Shown: positions 39,590-44,271 of the stretch, one piece after another
How positions within the stretch are numbered: the stretch's first letter is position 1
Layout of the letters: every line of letters begins with the position of its first letter
Assembly: GCA_035406565.1 (NCBI GenBank)
Contig: DAONLG010000001.1
Coordinates: forward strand, 1-44,271
Reading direction: 5' to 3'
Length of the DNA stretch: 44,271 bases
DNA from: Soehngenia sp.
GTDB taxonomy: Bacteria > Bacillota > Clostridia > Tissierellales > Tissierellaceae
Notes under the pieces: generated by a model
Told to the model about the DNA's origin: nothing
The model's database searches: none
Seen by the model: the letters and a program-made list of their open reading frames with translations, nothing else
Made by a program: the position numbers and the translations under genes

Positions 39590-41647
39590 TCAATTAAGTA
39601 TTATTTCATTACCCATGTTATATACTAATTCATCAACTTTATCTCTTAGTAAATTATATTCAATATCGTTGATTAGTTTATTTTCTTTTAGAATAAGTTT
39701 TGCATCATTTTGCGCTACTTTTAAAATATTTATATCTCTAAATAAATTTGCAATTTTTAGTTGAGGTAATCCGTGCTGTTTGGTCCCAAAAAATTCACCA
39801 GGCCCTCTTAAACATAAATCTTTCTCAGAAATTTCAAAACCGTCATTTGTTGATTGTATAACTCTCATTCTCTCTCTAGAAATTTTGCTAAAATTATCAT
39901 TCAATAAAATACAATATGATTTGTGAGATGATCTTCCTACTCTTCCTCTTAATTGGTGAAGTTGAGATAGACCAAATCTATCTGCATTATATATTATCAT
40001 CGTATTTGCATTAGCAACATTTACCCCTACTTCTATAACCGTAGTCGAAACTAAAATCTTTATCGTCCCATTTTTAAAATCGTTCATAACTTTTTCTTTT
40101 TCTTTTTGGTTTAATTTTCCATGTACCAAACCACAAGTATATTTATCTCCAAACTCATCAATTATTTTACTGTATACACTTTCTGCTGAATTTAAGCTGC
40201 TAATATTGTTTGATTCAATTAGTGGACAAACAATGTATACTTGACGGCCATCTTCGATTTGTTTGTGAATAAAACTAAATACATCATTTTCTTTGTTCGA
40301 GCTCATCACAAAAGTTTCAATTTTTTGCCTTCCCGGAGGTAATTCTTTAATGGTTGATATATCTAGATCACCATATAAAATTAAAGCTAAGCTCCTGGGT
40401 ATAGGAGTTGCAGTCATGACTAATATGTCAGGTGAATTTCCCTTTGCCGCAAGTTTCATTCTCTGATTTACTCCAAATCTATGTTGTTCGTCAGTAACAA
40501 CTAACCCAAGTTTTTTAAATGATACATTCTCTTGTATTATTGAATGTGTGCCAATTAAAATATCTATTTTCCCTAAAGCTAAATCTCTCAGTATATTTTC
40601 TTTCTCTTTTTTATTGATGCTACTAGTTAGCAGTGCAATATTTATTTCCATTTTGTTGAATAAAGATTTTAATGTTTCATAATGTTGCAATGCAAGAATC
40701 TCTGTTGGTGCCATCATAGTTGCTTGATAACCGTTTAATACTGCGTTGAACATGGCAATAGCACTTATAACTGTTTTCCCCGAACCAACATCTCCTTGTA
40801 CTAAACGATTCATTTGCTTTGCATAAGCCATATCCTCTAATATTTCATCCACGACTTCCTTTTGAGAATTGGTCAATCTAAATGGTAAATTTTCTATGAA
40901 AAGATTTAATTTATCATCTCTAGTAAAGCTGATCCCATTGTCCGTTTTATCTTTTATTTTTATAGAGCTCAATGTCAATTGCAATATCAATAATTCTTCA
41001 TAAGCGAGAGTTTTTCTTGCTTTCTCTAACTCTGCCATGCTTTCTGGGAAATGCAAGGCTTTTATCGCAGCTTGTTTATCCATTAAATTATAATTATTAC
41101 GTAGGCCGTCAGGCAATACATTAGCAATATACATTAAATATTCATCTAAACAATTTCTTATAATTTTTATCAATTCTTTATTGCTAAGACCATCTGTTAA
41201 GGGATAAATTGGTAATATGGAAATAAATGAATTTGTATCTGTAAAAGGTATTATTTCAGGATTTTGCATTTGTATTTCATATTTATTTTTAGTTATTTTC
41301 CCTCTACAAAAATACTTTTTTCCTACTATTATTTGATTTTTTAAGTAAGTTTGATTAAACCATACTAAAGATATCTCATTATCGTCATTAGTAGCTATTA
41401 CTTTTAATAATTTTAAATTATTTCTTAAGTTAGAAATTGTTGGATTTGTTTTTATGGTTACTATGCAATTCACTGTTTTCTCATTATCAAATTCATCAAT
41501 AGATTGGATAATAGTTCTATCTTCATATGCCCTTGGAAAGAAAAAGATCAAATCTTCTATGGAATATATATTTAATTTATTTAATTTTTCAGCACGCTTT
41601 GGCCCTACATTTTTAACATATCTAACATTTTTCTTAAGGTCATTCAT
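39590..41647 (-). CDS. recG: ATP-dependent DNA helicase RecG
   Basis: [36 protein letters not shown] and RGPGEFFG motifs. Confidence 0.98.
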   Translation of the reverse strand: MNDLKKNVRYVKNVGPKRAEKLNKLNIYSIEDLIFFFPRAYEDRTIIQSIDEFDNEKTVNCIVTIKTNPTISNLRNNLKLLKVIATNDDNEISLVWFNQTYLKNQIIVGKKYFCRGKITKNKYEIQMQNPEIIPFTDTNSFISILPIYPLTDGLSNKELIKIIRNCLDEYLMYIANVLPDGLRNNYNLMDKQAAIKALHFPESMAELEKARKTLAYEELLILQLTLSSIKIKDKTDNGISFTRDDKLNLFIENLPFRLTNSQKEVVDEILEDMAYAKQMNRLVQGDVGSGKTVISAIAMFNAVLNGYQATMMAPTEILALQHYETLKSLFNKMEINIALLTSSINKKEKENILRDLALGKIDILIGTHSIIQENVSFKKLGLVVTDEQHRFGVNQRMKLAAKGNSPDILVMTATPIPRSLALILYGDLDISTIKELPPGRQKIETFVMSSNKENDVFSFIHKQIEDGRQVYIVCPLIESNNISSLNSAESVYSKIIDEFGDKYTCGLVHGKLNQKEKEKVMNDFKNGTIKILVSTTVIEVGVNVANANTMIIYNADRFGLSQLHQLRGRVGRSSHKSYCILLNDNFSKISRERMRVIQSTNDGFEISEKDLCLRGPGEFFGTKQHGLPQLKIANLFRDINILKVAQNDAKLILKENKLINDIEYNLLRDKVDELVYNMGNEIILN

Positions 41648-41661
41648 ATCATAATCACTCC

Positions 41662-41687
41662 AAATAAACCCTACCTAAAGGTAGGGT
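41662..41687 (-). terminator. Terminator between fakA and recG
   Basis: Minus strand reads ACCCTACC-ttta-GGTAGGGT-TTATTT. Confidence 0.7.
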
Positions 41688-41693
41688 GTTTTA

Positions 41694-43337
41694 TTATTCT
41701 AGTGAAAATATATAATAATATATTGGTTGATCGCCTTCAACTAGATCTATCTCTAACTCATGAAATTTAGTCTCTAAATTTCTAATTAACTCCTCTGCTT
41801 TGTTCTTATCTACATCTTCTCCATATATAATTGTCAGCACAGAAGTATCGTCATTTATTAATTTTTCAATCAATTCTTCACTCACTTCATTAATGTCTTT
41901 CCCCACTGCTAATATTTCTTTATCAGTAACTCCGATTATATTGCCTTTTTCTATTATTTTGCCATTCAATTGAGTATCTCTTACTGAATAAGTTACTTGA
42001 CCCGATACAACATTTGACATAGCTTTGTTCATATTATTTATATTTTCAATTAACTCTTTGTCAGGATCAAATGCTACCATTGCAGAAATCCCTTGAGCTA
42101 TGTTCTTTGATGGTACTATATGAACATTTTTCTCACTAACATTTTTGGCTTGTTCAGCTGCTAATATAATATTGCTATTATTTGGTAATATAATTATGTT
42201 TTCTGCATTTGATTTTTCTATAGCACTTAAAATATCTTCAATGCTAGGATTCATTGTTTGACCACCAGTTATTATATAATCAACATTTAAACTTTTAAAT
42301 AATTCATTTAATCCTTTACCAGTAGACACTGAAATAATATAGTATTTTTTAACAGGTTCATCTTTATTCGCTTCTTTTTTCCTAAGTTCATCTTTTAATA
42401 GAATTTCTTCATGTTGATAACGCATATTGTCAATTTTTATATCTCTAAGTTCCCCTAATTGTAATGCTTTTTCTAAAACTTCTCCCGGATTATTAGTGTG
42501 TATGTGAACTTTTATGACTCCATCAGCACCAACAACGAGTAAAGAGTCTCCATAAAATGATAGTTTATCTCTAAAGCCATCTATATCTTGATGATTCGTA
42601 ACAATAATAAATTCCGTACAATACCCAAATTTAATATCATCAGTATCAATTCTTTGTCGCTTCAAAGAAACATCTGATACTGTTGGAATTGATATAGATT
42701 TCTCTACTATTGTAGTTACATCCCCGGATAAAAACTCTAAAGCACCTGTCATAAGCATTAGTAAGCCTTTTCCCCCAGCATCTACTACGTTTGCTTGTTT
42801 AAGTACTGGCAACATATCAGGGGTCTTAGCTAAAACTTCATTTCCATGACTAATGACTAATTCAATCAACTCATTGATGTCCTTCACACTATTGCATATC
42901 TCTAATGCGTATTCTCCACATTCTCTAGCTATAGTCAAAATAGTTCCTTCGGTTGGCTTCATAACAGCTTTATAAGCAGTCTCTGAAGCTTTCTTCATTG
43001 CTAAGGCGACTATTTGTGCATCTATTTCTTTTTTATCATTTACTCCAATGCTAAACCCTCTAAACAGTTGGGATAGAATAACTCCTGAATTCCCTCTTGC
43101 ACCCATTAGAGAACCTTGGCTTGCAGCTTGAATTATCTTAGATGCGTCATTTTCAGTAACTTTTTCTATATTGTTAATTGCTGATCGCATTGTCAAACTC
43201 ATATTTGTACCTGTATCTCCATCTGGTACGGGAAATACATTTAGAGCATTGACAATTTCTTTGTTTTTATCGAGATAGTTATAGCTTGCTTCTAAAGCTG
43301 CTTTAAGTTTCCAACCATCTATTAAAGTATTTATCAA
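41694..43337 (-). CDS. fakA: DAK2-domain fatty acid kinase subunit A (YloV/FakA)
   Basis: LNVFPVPDGDTGTNM, GARGNSGVILSQ, VVDAGG, YCTEF, KVHIHT and GGQTMNPS motifs. Confidence 0.92.
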   Translation of the reverse strand: MINTLIDGWKLKAALEASYNYLDKNKEIVNALNVFPVPDGDTGTNMSLTMRSAINNIEKVTENDASKIIQAASQGSLMGARGNSGVILSQLFRGFSIGVNDKKEIDAQIVALAMKKASETAYKAVMKPTEGTILTIARECGEYALEICNSVKDINELIELVISHGNEVLAKTPDMLPVLKQANVVDAGGKGLLMLMTGALEFLSGDVTTIVEKSISIPTVSDVSLKRQRIDTDDIKFGYCTEFIIVTNHQDIDGFRDKLSFYGDSLLVVGADGVIKVHIHTNNPGEVLEKALQLGELRDIKIDNMRYQHEEILLKDELRKKEANKDEPVKKYYIISVSTGKGLNELFKSLNVDYIITGGQTMNPSIEDILSAIEKSNAENIIILPNNSNIILAAEQAKNVSEKNVHIVPSKNIAQGISAMVAFDPDKELIENINNMNKAMSNVVSGQVTYSVRDTQLNGKIIEKGNIIGVTDKEILAVGKDINEVSEELIEKLINDDTSVLTIIYGEDVDKNKAEELIRNLETKFHELEIDLVEGDQPIYYYIFSLE

Positions 43338-43356
43338 CTTGTGTCCCTCCTAATAA

Positions 43357-43719
43357 TTAAAGATCGCTTTCAGTTCTAATACCCTGGACAAATATATTGA
43401 TATCCCCAATATTTATGCCAGTATAATATTTTAAATTATATTTTACTCTTTCAATTATATTTTGACATACAGTAGATATTTTTACTCCGTATTCTAGAAT
43501 AAGATATATATCAACATCAACATCGTTATCATTTATTGTAACTTTTATACCCTTATAGGATGGATCAAATCCAAAAAAACTAAATATCCCTTCAAAAGAG
43601 TCCTTGGAAGCTTTATCTACAACCCCATAGCTCTCTATAACTGACAAGCCTACTATTTCTTGAATTACAGTATCTTCAATAAAGATAGAGCCAATTTCAT
43701 TTTTTATTATAAGCGGCAA
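43357..43719 (-). CDS. yloU: Asp23/Gls24-family protein (YloU)
   Basis: ESYGVV, KGIKV, ILEYGVKI and INIFVQGI motifs; canonical rpmB/yloU/yloV locus; TTG start with GGGAGGT RBS. Confidence 0.88.
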   Translation of the reverse strand: MPLIIKNEIGSIFIEDTVIQEIVGLSVIESYGVVDKASKDSFEGIFSFFGFDPSYKGIKVTINDNDVDVDIYLILEYGVKISTVCQNIIERVKYNLKYYTGINIGDINIFVQGIRTESDL

Positions 43720-43751
43720 AATACTACCTCCCTTATTATCTTATCTTTAAC

Positions 43752-43780
43752 ATTCTACAATAATATAAATAAATATTCAA
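43752..43780 (-). promoter_or_regulatory. Putative SigA promoter of yloU-fakA
   Basis: TTGAAT-N17-TAGAAT. Confidence 0.6.
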
Positions 43781-43807
43781 CTAAAAACTGAGCATTCATT
43801 ATTTTAC

Positions 43808-43837
43808 TTGCAATTAATACGATTATTATGGTACAAT
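43808..43837 (+). promoter_or_regulatory. Putative SigA promoter of rpmB
   Basis: TTGCAA-N18-TACAAT with extended -10 (TGg). Confidence 0.6.
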
Positions 43838-43890
43838 ACAAGTTGTTGTAGTAGAACTGTTATCGATATATTGTTTCGGGAGGTGTTTTT

Positions 43891-44082
43891 ATGAGTAAAA
43901 GATGTGAAATATGTGGTAAAACTAAATCATTTGGGAATAAAGTTACTTTCTCCAACAAGAAGAGCTCGAGAACTTGGTCTCCTAATGTAAGGAAGGTAAA
44001 AGTAGTAGTTGATGGAACTACAAAGAGATTAAATGTATGCACAAGATGCTTAAGATCAGGAAATGTTCAAAGAGCAATATAG
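43891..44082 (+). CDS. rpmB: 50S ribosomal protein L28 (zinc-binding form)
   Basis: MSKRCEICGK, RTWSPNV and VCTRCLRS motifs; GGGAGGTG RBS. Confidence 0.97.
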   Translation: MSKRCEICGKTKSFGNKVTFSNKKSSRTWSPNVRKVKVVVDGTTKRLNVCTRCLRSGNVQRAI

Positions 44083-44094
44083 TAGCGATTGTTA

Positions 44095-44132
44095 AAAAAG
44101 CTTACAGTTTTTAAAAAAACAGTAAGCTTTTT
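44095..44132. terminator. Bidirectional terminator between rpmB and thiN
   Basis: AAAAAGCTTAC-a-GTTTTT-aa-AAAAAC-a-GTAAGCTTTTT between convergent stop codons. Confidence 0.8.
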
Positions 44133-44134
44133 AT

Positions 44135-44271
44135 TTAGTCTTTAGATAGAATCAGCAAACCTTCTCCACTATGTTTTATAATGTGACCAATACTTTTATC
44201 GATCTCATTACTAATGCCAAAACTCGAGCCAAACTCAATATGTTCTTTTATTAAATTATAATGGAAACCGT
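44135..44271 (-). CDS. thiN: Thiamine pyrophosphokinase, C-terminal fragment (gene enters from the window edge)
   Basis: Manual translation ...GFHYNLIKEHIEFGSSFGISNEIDKSIGHIIKHSGEGLLILSKD*, with GFxYxL and GISNE motifs; usual neighbour of rpmB. Confidence 0.8.
   Translation of the reverse strand, partial: GFHYNLIKEHIEFGSSFGISNEIDKSIGHIIKHSGEGLLILSKD

Noticed and set aside
472-41654. About 30 plus-strand ORFs of 60-191 aa in the ORF track (e.g. 35549-36124, 31203-31700, 26010-26417, 15838-16209)
   Set aside because: They lie antisense to highly conserved genes, show the Ser/Ile/Phe-rich composition of reverse-complement shadows, and have no recognisable motif.
43860-44042. 60-aa minus-strand ORF
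   Set aside because: Antisense shadow of rpmB.
1-44271. CRISPR array, tRNA/rRNA genes, IS elements, riboswitches, prophage
   Set aside because: All intergenic gaps are under about 200 nt and are accounted for by promoters, leaders and terminators. I saw no spaced direct repeats, cloverleafs or transposase genes.

Overview
This is an AT-rich core chromosomal region from a low-GC Firmicute with clostridial-type gene order; a Tissierellia-like lineage is my inference. Almost all genes lie on the minus strand. In coordinate order the genes are: nrnA' (partial), rbfA, infB, ylxR, nusA, rimP, polC, ispG, rseP, cdsA, uppS, frr, pyrH, tsf, rpsB, codY, topA, dprA, comM, yraN, rnhB, rbgA, rplS, trmD, rimM, khpA, rpsP, ffh, ylxM, ftsY, smc, an Elp3-like radical SAM gene, rnc, plsX, rpmF (missed by the ORF track), DUF177, ackA, tmcAL (+), a SepIVA/Cdv3-like coiled-coil gene, coaD, rsmD, recG, fakA/DAK2, Asp23, rpmB (+) and thiN' (partial). 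I see no mobile element, prophage, CRISPR array, tRNA/rRNA or defence island, and I cannot support a new multi-gene system here. The most interesting observations are: (i) a TTGACA palindrome that builds a consensus promoter whose -10 overlaps the ylxM start codon; (ii) a perfect 39-bp palindrome that encodes the identical C-terminus (ISK*) of two convergent genes; (iii) an uncharacterised SepIVA/Cdv3-like gene; (iv) clean absence of normally syntenic genes (dxr, acpP, pta, ylxQ, several sporulation genes); (v) a yraN-comM-dprA transformation module; (vi) a Rex-like box at ackA. Several start codons were moved from the ORF track to match RBS positions.
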